Part shown: positions 30,465 through 42,178 of the stretch, in pieces | Layout of the letters: the number at the start of each line of letters is the position of its first letter | Numbering within the stretch: the first letter of the stretch is position 1 | From: Microcystaceae cyanobacterium | GTDB taxonomy: Bacteria > Cyanobacteriota > Cyanobacteriia > Cyanobacteriales > Microcystaceae | NCBI GenBank assembly: GCA_041746575.1 | Contig: JBGTGT010000016.1 | Coordinates: 1-52,292 of the forward strand | Length of the DNA stretch: 52,292 nt | Direction of reading: 5' to 3' | Notes under the pieces: generated by a model | Seen by the model: the letters and a program-made list of their open reading frames with translations, nothing else | Databases searched by the model: none | What the model was told of the DNA's origin: nothing | Made by a program: the position numbers and the translations under genes

Positions 30465-31436
30465 TTACAACTGGTACTGTTCGGGATAATTTTGAAGTCC
30501 GATACTAGGGTATTCGCTGACGATTTTCTGATTGTTAATCGCATAAAAGCTTTGTGTTACTTTTGCTATATACTCTAGTTCGGAATGACACGATTGTCGC
30601 CTCTCATTATTGACTAATCTATAAATTAAGCCCCCTGCACTCAGAATGTATTTATTGTTAGTTTTAACAATCATTTTTATCTTATTAATTGCTCTTGTCC
30701 TTTTCAATTTATCGCCGTCAAATTTTACATTAACTTTTTCAGATAATAAGTGACTTTCAGCATTTGTAATTTTATCTTTTAATATATTTTCTAATTCTTT
30801 AATAACCGCTTGTGGGTCTTGGCAAAGATGCTCGTACAAGAAGACATGAACGTTAGAAAAGTGATCCTTATAAATTTTAATAAGTTCGTAATAATATAAA
30901 TCAATTAAATGAATATGAGAGGATAGAAAATTATAGTATCTAGTATTTTTGTTCCATCTAAACTGATTAGTCGCGAGGTCTTTTTGATAGTTATTGTAAG
31001 TGTATTCTTTTTGAGGGTACCAAATATATTGTTGAATCGTTTCAGCATAGCCCATTTTAACCGCCTGATTATAGGCAGAAGCCAATAGTGATTCTTGCCC
31101 CCTTAAAAAAAGGATAATCTCTGCATTAGGAAATATTTCTTGAAATCTTCTAGCAATTAGAGATCGATTGACCACACTTTTTCCCAGAACACTTAAACCA
31201 CATAGTCCTTCATCAGAAATTAGGATATTAGAGGCTGATAGCTCAGCGATTTCTTGCTTGATTGTCTCTGAGTTGTAGTAACAATCATCAGCATATTGTA
31301 GCTGATTAAACGCCTTATTTTGTTGGGTATAAGGTCTGCTCAATAATACTGTATTACTAAAATAGGGAAAAATCTTTGTTTGTAAAAAAGTTGTTGCCGT
31401 CTTGGGCAAACCGATATGAATAAACATTTTTTTCAT
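30465..31436 (-). CDS. Sulfotransferase-like P-loop protein
   Basis: FIHIGLPKTATTFLQ (5'-PSB-like), ISDEGL, FLRGQ..SAY (3'-PB-like) and LYE. Confidence 0.7.
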   Translation of the reverse strand: MKKMFIHIGLPKTATTFLQTKIFPYFSNTVLLSRPYTQQNKAFNQLQYADDCYYNSETIKQEIAELSASNILISDEGLCGLSVLGKSVVNRSLIARRFQEIFPNAEIILFLRGQESLLASAYNQAVKMGYAETIQQYIWYPQKEYTYNNYQKDLATNQFRWNKNTRYYNFLSSHIHLIDLYYYELIKIYKDHFSNVHVFLYEHLCQDPQAVIKELENILKDKITNAESHLLSEKVNVKFDGDKLKRTRAINKIKMIVKTNNKYILSAGGLIYRLVNNERRQSCHSELEYIAKVTQSFYAINNQKIVSEYPSIGLQNYPEQYQL

Positions 31437-31552
31437 CTTTTTATTCCTAAACGCTTAGGGGTCTGTTATTATACCAGACTTAGTATTCTCTTAAAATAAA
31501 GCGTCGAGAAGAATTACTTAGATGAAACTGAAAGCCTTATCTTCTTAAAAAT

Positions 31553-32647
<1,095 letters not shown>

Positions 32648-32735
32648 TTATTAAAAAAATAAAAGCTCAATCACAAGTTAACATACGGTTAATCGCGTAT
32701 CTAATTACCCATGATTGAGATGTCCTTAGAGAAAT

Positions 32736-32876
32736 TTAGTGAACAGCATAAGCCGTGCGTAATGCCCAGATAATTAGAGCAACAATTGCCCCAATGACGA
32801 TAACCGCCGAAATCGCAACAACAGAAGGTTTATCGGCTCCGTCAAATTTCATAATGCCACGATTCAGGTCTGACAT
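32736..32876 (-). CDS. ndhQ: NDH-1 small subunit Q (46 aa; not in ORF track)
   Basis: Manual translation MSDLNRGIMKFDGADKPSVVAISAVIVIGAIVALIIWALRTAYAVH; NRGIMKFDGAD plus a single TM helix matches recalled NdhQ. Confidence 0.88.
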   Translation of the reverse strand: MSDLNRGIMKFDGADKPSVVAISAVIVIGAIVALIIWALRTAYAVH

Positions 32877-33027
32877 AATCTTGAGTTCCTTTATACTAAA
32901 AAACAGACCAATTTAAACAATTACTGATTATAGGTTAGCGAAGATTGAGCCACTTGGACGATGTAAGTCTAATTTTAGATTTTGGAGTTGGGATGTTGAA
33001 GATAGGGGTAAGGTTCTCGGTCGAAGT

Positions 33028-34239
33028 CTAAATAACGTTGACAAAGTCTAGCAGACGATGGGCTAATTCTAGCTTACTGCAAGGCTCAATTTCCTCTCTT
33101 TTGCCCGTTTTATTGAGAAAAATTCCCTGATTTGTGGTACTGCCGAACCCTGCCTTGTCTTGATCAATAGGGTTAGCGGCGATCGCATCTAGTCCTTTGC
33201 GTTGCAGTTTCTCCCAAGCAGGGATAGCAATATCTCCAGTTTGTGCGGCAAATCCAATTAATTTTTGATGATTTTGTTTGATTTCACTAAGTTTTTTGAT
33301 AATATCTTCTACAGGCTCAATTTTTAAGCTATTCGGTAAATCTTTTTTCGCCAATTTTTGCGAAGATAAAAAGACGGGTTTGACATCTGCCACAGCCGCC
33401 GCCATAATCGTCCAATCAGCGTTAGGAAAAGCCATAATCAGGGCTTTTTGCATTTGGTCAGCATTTTCCACGGCAATACGTTCACAGGGCGGCAAATTTG
33501 CTAATAATTCTTCGGCAATAGGAGCATGAACAAAGGTAACCGAAGCCCCACGATGGTAGGACGCTTGAGCCAGTGCAATTCCCATCTTTCCCGTTGAAGG
33601 ATTGCCAATAAAGCGAACTGCATCAAAATATTCCCTTGTTCCGCCTGCACTGATCAAAATCCGTTTTCCCGTTAAATCCCGTTGTCCTTGGGTATAGAAA
33701 AGAGACTGGAGATAATGTAAAATGGCTTCAGGCTCAGCCATTCGTCCTGCGCCAACTCTGTCACAAGCCAATAAACCTTTATTAGGATTTATTTTAAAAT
33801 AACGAGAATCTTCGTCAATTTTTTGCCAATTGCGCTGAACCGATATCTGCTCCCACATCTCTGTATTCATGGCAGGGGTGAGAAGAATAGGACAGCGAGA
33901 GGCTAAGACTGTATTGGTTAAAAGGTTATCTGCTAAACCATGGGTTAATTTTGCTAGTGTATTTGCCGTCAAAGGGGCGATTAGAAAGAGTTCTGCCCAT
34001 TCTCCCAATTCAATATGGAGCGGACGGGAATGGAGAGCATCCCAGAATTGATCATCGGTGTAGGCAGGTTGGCGACTAAGGGTAGAAAGGGTTAGGGGGG
34101 TAATGAATTGTTGTGCGGTTGCTGTTAGGATGACCTTAATCTCAGCCCCTAATTGAAAAGCCGAGGAAATCACCTGACAAACCTTATAAGCGGCAATACC
34201 GCCCCCAATGCCGACTAAAAGGCGACGCTGAGTTAACAT
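33028..34239 (-). CDS. coaBC: Phosphopantothenoylcysteine decarboxylase/ligase
   Basis: Motifs [19 protein letters not shown] and AAAVAD. Confidence 0.96.
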   Translation of the reverse strand: MLTQRRLLVGIGGGIAAYKVCQVISSAFQLGAEIKVILTATAQQFITPLTLSTLSRQPAYTDDQFWDALHSRPLHIELGEWAELFLIAPLTANTLAKLTHGLADNLLTNTVLASRCPILLTPAMNTEMWEQISVQRNWQKIDEDSRYFKINPNKGLLACDRVGAGRMAEPEAILHYLQSLFYTQGQRDLTGKRILISAGGTREYFDAVRFIGNPSTGKMGIALAQASYHRGASVTFVHAPIAEELLANLPPCERIAVENADQMQKALIMAFPNADWTIMAAAVADVKPVFLSSQKLAKKDLPNSLKIEPVEDIIKKLSEIKQNHQKLIGFAAQTGDIAIPAWEKLQRKGLDAIAANPIDQDKAGFGSTTNQGIFLNKTGKREEIEPCSKLELAHRLLDFVNVI

Positions 34240-34245
34240 GACAGT

Positions 34246-34458
34246 TTAAGCTTCGTCGTAAGCTTCAATATCTAGAAGATAAAGATAGGGTTCAGCCAAA
34301 TCTTGACGTTGAAAAGCGACCGCTCGCAATAAATGCCAATCTTTGAGGGCTTCAAAAGGATTTACATAGTCATCCTCTTCCAAACGAATGGCTAGGGCTT
34401 CTATCTCTTGGGCAGTGACATGGGAAACATCTGGGTGGGTTACACTGAATGCGGTCAT
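34246..34458 (-). CDS. isiD: DUF2555 protein (IsiD-like)
   Basis: RLEEDDY..PF..L.DWHLLRA; immediately upstream of coaBC, as in Synechocystis. Confidence 0.75.
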   Translation of the reverse strand: MTAFSVTHPDVSHVTAQEIEALAIRLEEDDYVNPFEALKDWHLLRAVAFQRQDLAEPYLYLLDIEAYDEA

Positions 34459-34710
34459 GTTGACACCTCCCTCTTAGGGTATTGGTCTGGCTTCTTTTAT
34501 TGTAACCTGATTGATTCGTGCAAAAAAGCCCACGGTAAGCTTCAGTGATGAATCTTAAACTCTTTTTTCCTGATCTGCTTACGCACCTAAGCTCATTCTA
34601 ACCCCTACCGTATAGAGGGATGGGGTATTCTGAGACATCAGGATAAAATATTGTCCCTCTCCCTGTACAATCGAATCAACTGATTTCAGGATTATCATTC
34701 ATTGAGCCAG

Positions 34711-35631
34711 ATGTTATCACCGAAAATTGCGGCCATTATTTGTACTCATAACCGAGATTCTTACTTAGGGGCGGCGATTGATAGTCTTTTAGCCCAAAAT
34801 TACCCTGATTTTGAGGTGCTAATCGTCGATAATGGCTCAACAGATACGACGCGTCAAATTGTTGCATCAAGACAGTCCCATTCTCGTTTAAGCTACGTCT
34901 ATGAACCCACTTTAGGCTTATCTGTTGCCCGTAACCGAGGTGCAGAAGAAACGACCGCACCTATCCTCGCTTATCTTGATGATGATGCGGTGGCTAGTCC
35001 GCAATGGTTAGGAATTTTAGTCAAAGCGTTTGCCAAAAATAAAAACTTAGCGATCGCAGGGGGTAAAGTGACGTTAATCTGGCCAGAGGGAATTTCTCGT
35101 CCCAATTGGTTATCTGATCACTTAGCAGGGGCATTAGGGGACTATGACTTAGGAGATGAAGTCGTCACGATTACCGATCCCAATTTAACCCCTAGAGGCT
35201 TAAATTATGCGATTCGACGCATTTTTCTCGCTCAAGTCGGGGGATTTGATATTAAGTTAGGTAGAGTCGGTAAAAATTTGCTATCGAATGAAGAATTAAT
35301 GATGACAGAATTAGCTTTGAAAAAGGGATGGCAAGTAGCTTATTTGCCCGACGCCTTAGCGGCACACAACGTCTCCTTAGAACGGACAAAACAAGATTGG
35401 TTTATTCGTCGCAGTTGGTGGCAAGGAATAAGTGAATGTTATCGTGAACAAGTGTCAGGAAGGGTCGGAATTAAACAATTGGCAAGAGGGGGAGAACGTT
35501 TTATGCGAGGGGCCTATAAGTCTCTAAAATATATTAATCGTCCTGCTTTACGTTTTGAGAATTTATTATATGCTTACGCTCAATTGGGCTACCTTAAAGA
35601 GGTCATTATCTATGCGATTAAAAAAGACTGA
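34711..35631 (+). CDS. Glycosyltransferase family 2
   Basis: Motifs IICTHNR, VDNGSTD, GLSVARN and YLDDDA. Confidence 0.92.
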   Translation: MLSPKIAAIICTHNRDSYLGAAIDSLLAQNYPDFEVLIVDNGSTDTTRQIVASRQSHSRLSYVYEPTLGLSVARNRGAEETTAPILAYLDDDAVASPQWLGILVKAFAKNKNLAIAGGKVTLIWPEGISRPNWLSDHLAGALGDYDLGDEVVTITDPNLTPRGLNYAIRRIFLAQVGGFDIKLGRVGKNLLSNEELMMTELALKKGWQVAYLPDALAAHNVSLERTKQDWFIRRSWWQGISECYREQVSGRVGIKQLARGGERFMRGAYKSLKYINRPALRFENLLYAYAQLGYLKEVIIYAIKKD

Positions 35632-35727
35632 CCATTTTTGGGGTAATTTGTAATGAGTTAAAAACAAAAAAAAGAGGATATTCAGCAAAAATCTGCATCC
35701 CCTAAGCATTTTTAATAAATGAATCAC

Positions 35728-37056
35728 CTACTTTCCGCCTTCGACAGCTGGACTCACTTTATCAATCACCGCTAACGTGCCATTATCCTTGACTTTCCAC
35801 ACATCATAGCTACCGATCACATCTCCCTGCTCATCAATATCTACATTGCCACTCGCCCCTTGATAGTTAATATCCTCGCCTTTTCGCACTAATTCCAGGG
35901 CTTCGCAGGGGTCAGAAACCTCTGTACCGGGCGCATTGGCTACATCTCGCAATTTACTTTGAATTCCTTCACCTGTATTTGTTTTGGCCGCTTCTGCCGC
36001 TAACATCAAAAGAATAGTGGCATCCCAACTATGGGGAACGTAGGCGGTAAGGTCACCCCCTGTTTTATCTTTCCATTTCGTCGTAAAAGCGTCTAAAGAG
36101 ACACCATTTGCGCCTGGAACTGTGCCTAAAGCCCCAGCAAGAATAGATTTGCCATCAGTTCCCTGACCGACTTGTTTGACAAAATCTTCAGAATAAACCC
36201 CATCGGTGAGAAGAATAGTCACTCCCCGACTTAACCCTTGTTTATAGGCAGATTGAAGTAAAATACTACCCGTTTCAGCATAAAGAACGGCGGCCACGGC
36301 TTCCGGTTGATTGGCAAAAGCAGAGGCGGCTTCCGTATCCAAGGTGGCGGCTTTGGGGTCATAACGCACGGGTTTATCAGCATTAATGATTGTTCCCCCT
36401 GCACCCGTGAAAGCGTTGACAAATTGTCGTTCAAAGCCAATCCCATAGTCGTTATTAATGGCAACTGTTGACACTTTCTTAAAGCCTTGTTTATTGGCTA
36501 AGGCCGCTAAAGCTTGGGCTTGATAGGTATCAGGCGGGGCAGTTCTCGCCCAATATCCCTGAAAATCACCCTTCTTTGCCCTTTCTGTAAAAACGGGGCT
36601 GGTACTACCAGGAGAAATTAACATCACTTTATTACGAACAGCCACATCTACAGCTGCACTGGACACACTACTCGCAAATGCACCAACAACGCCGGCCACT
36701 TTGTCCACTTCTGTTAATTTGGTCATGGCAGAAGCCCCTGCCGCTGGATCGGTTTGACTATCTTCGCTCACCAGTGTTACAGACTTGCCGTTAACTCCTC
36801 CACAGGCATTGATTTCATCTACCGCTAATTTAACGGCGGCGGGCATATTTTGACCGATAGAGGCTAAATCTCCTGTAACGGGTAATAACGCTCCCAATTT
36901 GAGTCCGTCTCCCCCAGTCGCACTAGAGCTTGCATTATCGGTATTGGGTGTTTTGGCTTGATCACATCCACTCAGAAGACTTGCACTGAAAAAAGTCAGC
37001 GTTAAACTCAAAGATAATAGGTTTTTGCCTTTAAATTGATTAAAATAATGATTCAT
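35728..37056 (-). CDS. Amino-acid ABC transporter substrate-binding lipoprotein (NatB/LivJ-like)
   Basis: Lipobox LSGC, LGALLPVTG and YQGASG. Confidence 0.88.
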   Translation of the reverse strand: MNHYFNQFKGKNLLSLSLTLTFFSASLLSGCDQAKTPNTDNASSSATGGDGLKLGALLPVTGDLASIGQNMPAAVKLAVDEINACGGVNGKSVTLVSEDSQTDPAAGASAMTKLTEVDKVAGVVGAFASSVSSAAVDVAVRNKVMLISPGSTSPVFTERAKKGDFQGYWARTAPPDTYQAQALAALANKQGFKKVSTVAINNDYGIGFERQFVNAFTGAGGTIINADKPVRYDPKAATLDTEAASAFANQPEAVAAVLYAETGSILLQSAYKQGLSRGVTILLTDGVYSEDFVKQVGQGTDGKSILAGALGTVPGANGVSLDAFTTKWKDKTGGDLTAYVPHSWDATILLMLAAEAAKTNTGEGIQSKLRDVANAPGTEVSDPCEALELVRKGEDINYQGASGNVDIDEQGDVIGSYDVWKVKDNGTLAVIDKVSPAVEGGK

Positions 37057-37179
37057 AATTAGCGGGTTGTCCTCACCTTATTGCGATTAGGTCTATGATC
37101 TTAACCTGACCTTTAAGAAGATGGAAAGCAACCCCTAACAGTTCCAATTTGTCGAAATACGATTATTCGAGCAAATCGG

Positions 37180-37785
37180 TTAAATTCCACCGTATCTTTC
37201 TTCTAACCACGGATCTCCCCGGCGATGATAACCGTTTTTTTCCCAAAAACCCGCTTCTTCGTGGTCTAAAAATTCGATACCGTTAATCCATTTAGCACTT
37301 TTCCACGCATATAAGTGAGGAACAATTAAACGTAAAGGTCCGCCATGCTCGGGGGGAACGGGTTCGCCTTCTAATTCAAAAGCAAAAAAGTTATCTTCGT
37401 GGCAGAATTCCGCTAAGGTCAAATTCGTGGTATATCCCCCATAACAATGTTCCATAATATGGGTGGCTTTAGTATCAATCTCAAGCTGATTTATCCAGTC
37501 TGAAACTTTAATTCCTGTCCATGAAACCTCTAATTTTGACCAACGGGTGACGCAATGAAAATCATCGGTGAATCGATGATGGGGAAGTGCCATAAAATCC
37601 GACCAAGTAAAGGTTTGTGGCGTGACTAATCCCCATACCCGAAAATTCCACTGGTCGGTCTGAATTTGAGGGGTATCACCGTAAGTCAACACTGGGAATC
37701 CTTTCGTTAAATACTGGCCGGGAGGAACGCGATCGCTTTGCTCACTATCCGGTTTTTGAAAGAATTTGCCTAACATAATGCTCAT
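37180..37785 (-). CDS. Sulfite-oxidase-like molybdopterin oxidoreductase
   Basis: Motifs PPGQ, DFHCVTRWS, HGGPLRL, YAWKSAKW and GFWE..GYH. Confidence 0.9.
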   Translation of the reverse strand: MSIMLGKFFQKPDSEQSDRVPPGQYLTKGFPVLTYGDTPQIQTDQWNFRVWGLVTPQTFTWSDFMALPHHRFTDDFHCVTRWSKLEVSWTGIKVSDWINQLEIDTKATHIMEHCYGGYTTNLTLAEFCHEDNFFAFELEGEPVPPEHGGPLRLIVPHLYAWKSAKWINGIEFLDHEEAGFWEKNGYHRRGDPWLEERYGGI

Positions 37786-37884
37786 TTCCCCTAAAATAAC
37801 ATAAGGACGAAAGCGGGAATCTTTTTCTCATGATACCTGAGATTTGACCCGACCTTCGCCCTATCGTAGGGTTGAAAAAATGAT

Positions 37885-38064
37885 TTATTCTTCGTCGTCC
37901 TCCTCCGCTTCTTCTTGAGGATAGACGAAACTATTAGACCGACCCGAAAGGATAGATTTGCCCAAAGATAAGGCTTTTTGAGCTTCTGAAGCCGCTTGAC
38001 GCTTCCAATAGGCTTTGCGTTGATCTCGCTTTGCGTTAGAGGTTTTCTTCTTAGGAACAGCCAT
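37885..38064 (-). CDS. rpmF: 50S ribosomal protein L32 (59 aa; not in ORF track)
   Basis: Manual translation [59 protein letters not shown]. Confidence 0.96.
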   Translation of the reverse strand: MAVPKKKTSNAKRDQRKAYWKRQAASEAQKALSLGKSILSGRSNSFVYPQEEAEEDDEE

Positions 38065-38199
38065 TTTTTAATATAAGAAAATTTCTTGACAACCTTTCTA
38101 TTATAAACGGTTGGGCTATGGATTGAATACTTTGGAAAATCTTAGCTAAAAATGAGAGATTAGGAGCGTTTTGTAGTCCTATCTCTCCCATTTCCCTAA

Positions 38200-38382
38200 T
38201 TAGCGACGACGAGAACGCTGTCTTCTTCGGGTAGCCTCTTTACGCTTTTTCTTTTCTTGCGGCGTTTCAAAAAACTGGTGCTTTTTATAATCAGTGTAGA
38301 TGCCAGCTTTAGCAACTTGACGCTTAAATCGACGTAAGGCGGATTCGATAGGTTCGTTTTGACCGACAACAACTTGGGTCAT
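38200..38382 (-). CDS. rpsU: 30S ribosomal protein S21
   Basis: [16 protein letters not shown]. Confidence 0.97.
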   Translation of the reverse strand: MTQVVVGQNEPIESALRRFKRQVAKAGIYTDYKKHQFFETPQEKKKRKEATRRRQRSRRR

Positions 38383-38547
38383 AATCTAGGGCTTTTCACC
38401 TCCTTGTTACGCTTATAAACTTAACTTAATCCATAATAGCGGTTTTGGTCACGGGACGAGGTAAAGATCGCCAAAACCGTCAAAGGAAAAGATTAATCTT
38501 TATGTTACATTGAGAAAAAAGAAATTAAAGAGAATTATCAAGGGAAA

Positions 38548-39609
38548 ATGCTAAAAATTTTATGTTTATCTACACCTGTTGGCGCCTTAGGGTCGGGAAT
38601 AGGCGGTGGTGTTGAATTATCTATTTATACGATGGCGAAATCTCTCATGCTGAGAGGTCATGCTTTAACCATTGTGGCACCGATGGGGTCAAAGTTACCC
38701 CCGATAAATGTGGTGGAAATTGCGGGAAATTATCAAATTTCAGCCCAAAATCAGAAAAGAGATGCCTTGATTAACTTACCCGCCAATTCGACGTTAGAAA
38801 ATATGTGGGAATATGCCCGTTCTGTGGAAAATAATTATGATATTATCTTAAATTTCGCTTATGATTGGCTTCCACTTTATCTAACGTCATTTTTTACCAC
38901 GCCTGTTGCTCATGTTCTTTCGATGGGGTCTTTAAACGATGCCATGGATACAATTATCCACAAAGTATTTGCCCAAAATCCGCTTCGTTTGGCTTTTCGG
39001 AGTTTTGCCCAAGCTGAAACCTTTAGGTTGAAAGAAGACGTAATCTGTCTTAAAGAGGGAATTGATTTAGATAATTACGAATTTTCCCCGACTCATCAGG
39101 GATATTTAGCTTGGGTTGGTCGAATTTCTCCTGAAAAAGCCTTAGAAGATGGGTTGGCGGTTGCCCAAGGAACGCAAATTCCCTTAAAAATCTTTGGTAA
39201 AATTCAAAATCCTGACTATTGGCAACAAATTCAAGCAAATTACCCCGATAGTCCTTTCAAATATGAGGGATTCTTGTCAACACAGGACTTACAGACCGAA
39301 ATCCGCCAAAGTTGTGCCTTATTAATGACCCCTCGTTGGGTTGAAGCGTTTGGCAATGTAGTGATTGAAGCCTTAGCCTGTGGTGTTCCTGTCATTGCCT
39401 ATAATCGAGGGGGGCCTAAAGAGATTATTCAGGACGGAAAAACGGGATTTCTTGTCGAACCTGATAATGTGCAAGCCTTAATTCAAGCAGTCCATAAAAT
39501 TGAAGAAATTGATCGTTTTCGGTGTCGTCAACGGGTAGAAAAAGACTATTCTTTAGAAGCAATGGGGGCAAGAATTGAAGCATGGTGTCAAAACATTTTG
39601 GAGCAATGA
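38548..39609 (+). CDS. Glycosyltransferase family 4
   Basis: Motifs GRISPEK and EAFGNVVIEALACGVPV. Confidence 0.92.
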   Translation: MLKILCLSTPVGALGSGIGGGVELSIYTMAKSLMLRGHALTIVAPMGSKLPPINVVEIAGNYQISAQNQKRDALINLPANSTLENMWEYARSVENNYDIILNFAYDWLPLYLTSFFTTPVAHVLSMGSLNDAMDTIIHKVFAQNPLRLAFRSFAQAETFRLKEDVICLKEGIDLDNYEFSPTHQGYLAWVGRISPEKALEDGLAVAQGTQIPLKIFGKIQNPDYWQQIQANYPDSPFKYEGFLSTQDLQTEIRQSCALLMTPRWVEAFGNVVIEALACGVPVIAYNRGGPKEIIQDGKTGFLVEPDNVQALIQAVHKIEEIDRFRCRQRVEKDYSLEAMGARIEAWCQNILEQ

Positions 39610-39765
39610 TTCTTCAAGTAAATTTTCTATTTTGGTAACGGTTGTCTGTGGTCAAACAACGGCGTCGGTATTGGGTATTTACAGCGTTTTGCGCTCAAAG
39701 GCCTATGATATTAACTTGTCATTTACTGTTACTGTAGAATATCGTTGAAAAAGCGTGAATGAGAC

Positions 39766-41856
39766 TTAAGAGGGTTCTTCTTTAACGACTAAAACCACAT
39801 TAGAACGAGCTTCAACGGTATAAGTATTTTCTTTAACAAGGGTAGCATGATCAAGATCGCAAACGGCCTCCATTAAAGGTAACGCCGTATCTACAACGCG
39901 ATGCCAATGATAACCTATTGGTAAGGGGGGTAATTGAAAGTCTAAAGCTTCCCAATAAGCACTTAAAATGACGTGTAAATATTCTTTAGCTTGGGGATGT
40001 TGTAAAGAAAAGGCTAAGGTATGGGAATCATAAGACCAATCGGGTTGCCCTAATTCGATGCCATGCCAGCAAATGTGAGGATGAGGACTGGTGGCACTAA
40101 CCTCTAAAAGGGTTTCTTGTTGAAATAACGCCAACCCTTGAGAAAAAGCAATTAATCGGCGAACAAAACACCATAAGTCATAATTTTTATCTACTAAATC
40201 CCAATTGAACCAGCTTAATTCATTATTTTGGCAGTAAGCGTTATTATTCCCTTTTTGAGTTCGTTGGACTTCATCTCCCATTAAAATCATTGGCGTTCCT
40301 TGAGACATGAATAAAACGGTAAAAAGATTCTTAATTTGCTGTAATCTTAAGGCTTCGATGGTGGAATCGTTGTTTTCTCCTTCTTGTCCACAATTCCAGC
40401 TAAAATTGTCGTTTGAACCGTCTCTATTTTGCTCATCATTGGCCTCATTGTGCTTTTCGTTATAAGACACTAAATCTCGTATCGTGAAGCCGTCATGACA
40501 GGTAATAAAGTTAATGCTACGATTGACATCCGTCTCGGGACGATGGTAAATGTCGGGACTACCCAGAATCCGCGCCGCTAAGGTGGGAACTGTATCCTGA
40601 TCACTTTTGATAAATTGACGGATATCATCCCGAAAAGGGCCATTCCACTCGGCAAACCAATCACCTAATTCGACAAATTTGCCCACATCGTACAATCCTG
40701 CGGCATCCCACGCCTCTGCAATCAGTTTTGTTCCGGCTAGTACCGGATCTGATTCAATTGCCCATAAAATATCCGTGGTATGATCTACTTCTCGCATTAA
40801 GGGAAACCCTTTGACATCTCTGCCTAACACCGATGCTAAATCAAAACGAAACCCATCGACGTGCATTTCTGACACCCAATAACGTAGGCAATTCAGGATT
40901 AATCCGCCTGCAATAGGATGATTGCCTCGAAATGTGTTACCACAACCGCTATAATTCTGATAGTATTGTCTATCTTCTTCTAGGATATAATAGGTCGTGT
41001 TATCTATTCCTCGAAACGATAAGGTTGGCCCCTCTTCATTTCCCTCTGCGGTATGATTAAAAACGACATCCAGAATAACTTCAATTCCTGCTCTGTGCAA
41101 GGCTTTCACCATATCTCGAAATTCATCTAGAGGGCCAAGAACATCCTTACGGGAACTATAGCCGCGATAGGGGGCAAAAAAACCAATGGTACTATATCCC
41201 CAATAATTGGTTAATCCCGGCCGGGCATCTTCGGGGTCAAAATAATGAATCGGCAATAATTCAACAGCAGTAATGCCTAAATTTTTTAAGTAAGGAATTT
41301 TTTCCGTTAATCCTGCGAATTTACCTCTTTTTTCGGGAGTAATACCTGAATTCGGATGACGGGTGAAGCCTTCTACATGAAGTTCATAGATCACACTCTC
41401 GGAGTAAGGAATTCTGAGCGGTTTATCCCCTTGCCAATCGTAGCTACTATAGTCAATTACTGCCCCTCTTAAAGCTTTTGCGCAGTTATCCCCCGGCTTA
41501 ATAGCAGCTTGACGGTCATAGATTTCTTCGCCGACAATATCCTTAGCATAAGGGTCTAGTAGCACTTTACTGCCATCAAAACGCCATCCCTGCTTAGGAA
41601 TAAAAGGGCCGTGGACGCGGTAGGCATAAATTTGACCTGCTTTGAGGTTTTGTACAAAAATATGCCAATAATGGAAGGTTTTATTCTGTTTTAAATCAAG
41701 AGAAATCGTCCGAGATGGTTTAGGAGCAAGGGCATCATCAAATAAGAGTAATTCAACGTTTTGGGCGTATTTTGAGTAAAGACAAAAATTAACGCCATCA
41801 GGATAAACGGTAGCCCCTAGCGGATAAGTTTGTCCCTGACGAATATCTGCATTCAT
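39766..41856 (-). CDS. glgX: Glycogen debranching enzyme (isoamylase)
   Basis: Motifs NYWGY, DVVFNHTAEG, DGFRFDLAS, IAEAWD and CHDGFT. Confidence 0.96.
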   Translation of the reverse strand: MNADIRQGQTYPLGATVYPDGVNFCLYSKYAQNVELLLFDDALAPKPSRTISLDLKQNKTFHYWHIFVQNLKAGQIYAYRVHGPFIPKQGWRFDGSKVLLDPYAKDIVGEEIYDRQAAIKPGDNCAKALRGAVIDYSSYDWQGDKPLRIPYSESVIYELHVEGFTRHPNSGITPEKRGKFAGLTEKIPYLKNLGITAVELLPIHYFDPEDARPGLTNYWGYSTIGFFAPYRGYSSRKDVLGPLDEFRDMVKALHRAGIEVILDVVFNHTAEGNEEGPTLSFRGIDNTTYYILEEDRQYYQNYSGCGNTFRGNHPIAGGLILNCLRYWVSEMHVDGFRFDLASVLGRDVKGFPLMREVDHTTDILWAIESDPVLAGTKLIAEAWDAAGLYDVGKFVELGDWFAEWNGPFRDDIRQFIKSDQDTVPTLAARILGSPDIYHRPETDVNRSINFITCHDGFTIRDLVSYNEKHNEANDEQNRDGSNDNFSWNCGQEGENNDSTIEALRLQQIKNLFTVLFMSQGTPMILMGDEVQRTQKGNNNAYCQNNELSWFNWDLVDKNYDLWCFVRRLIAFSQGLALFQQETLLEVSATSPHPHICWHGIELGQPDWSYDSHTLAFSLQHPQAKEYLHVILSAYWEALDFQLPPLPIGYHWHRVVDTALPLMEAVCDLDHATLVKENTYTVEARSNVVLVVKEEPS

Positions 41857-42178
41857 AAAGTAGGGAGACTGGGTGAGGAATTGAATCCTTTATATTACCA
41901 ATATAAGGGGAATCATCTTTAAAAATCCATAAATATTTAGCAAAGCCAAGTAAATAATGAAAAAGTAGAGGCGACGAGACTTTTACTCAAGGACGTGAGA
42001 TGATTGAGGGATCGAACCTCAAGCTACTATAGCAGTTCTCTTAATAGATGAGGTACCGCGTCTTTAATTTTCGGGAATGGGAAGTTATACCCAATTCGAT
42101 TTAAAAAAATGAAGTCATTTGGTTTAATATATAAAAAGCTTATTTATCGCTAAATTTGTCAACTGATTGATTCAAATT

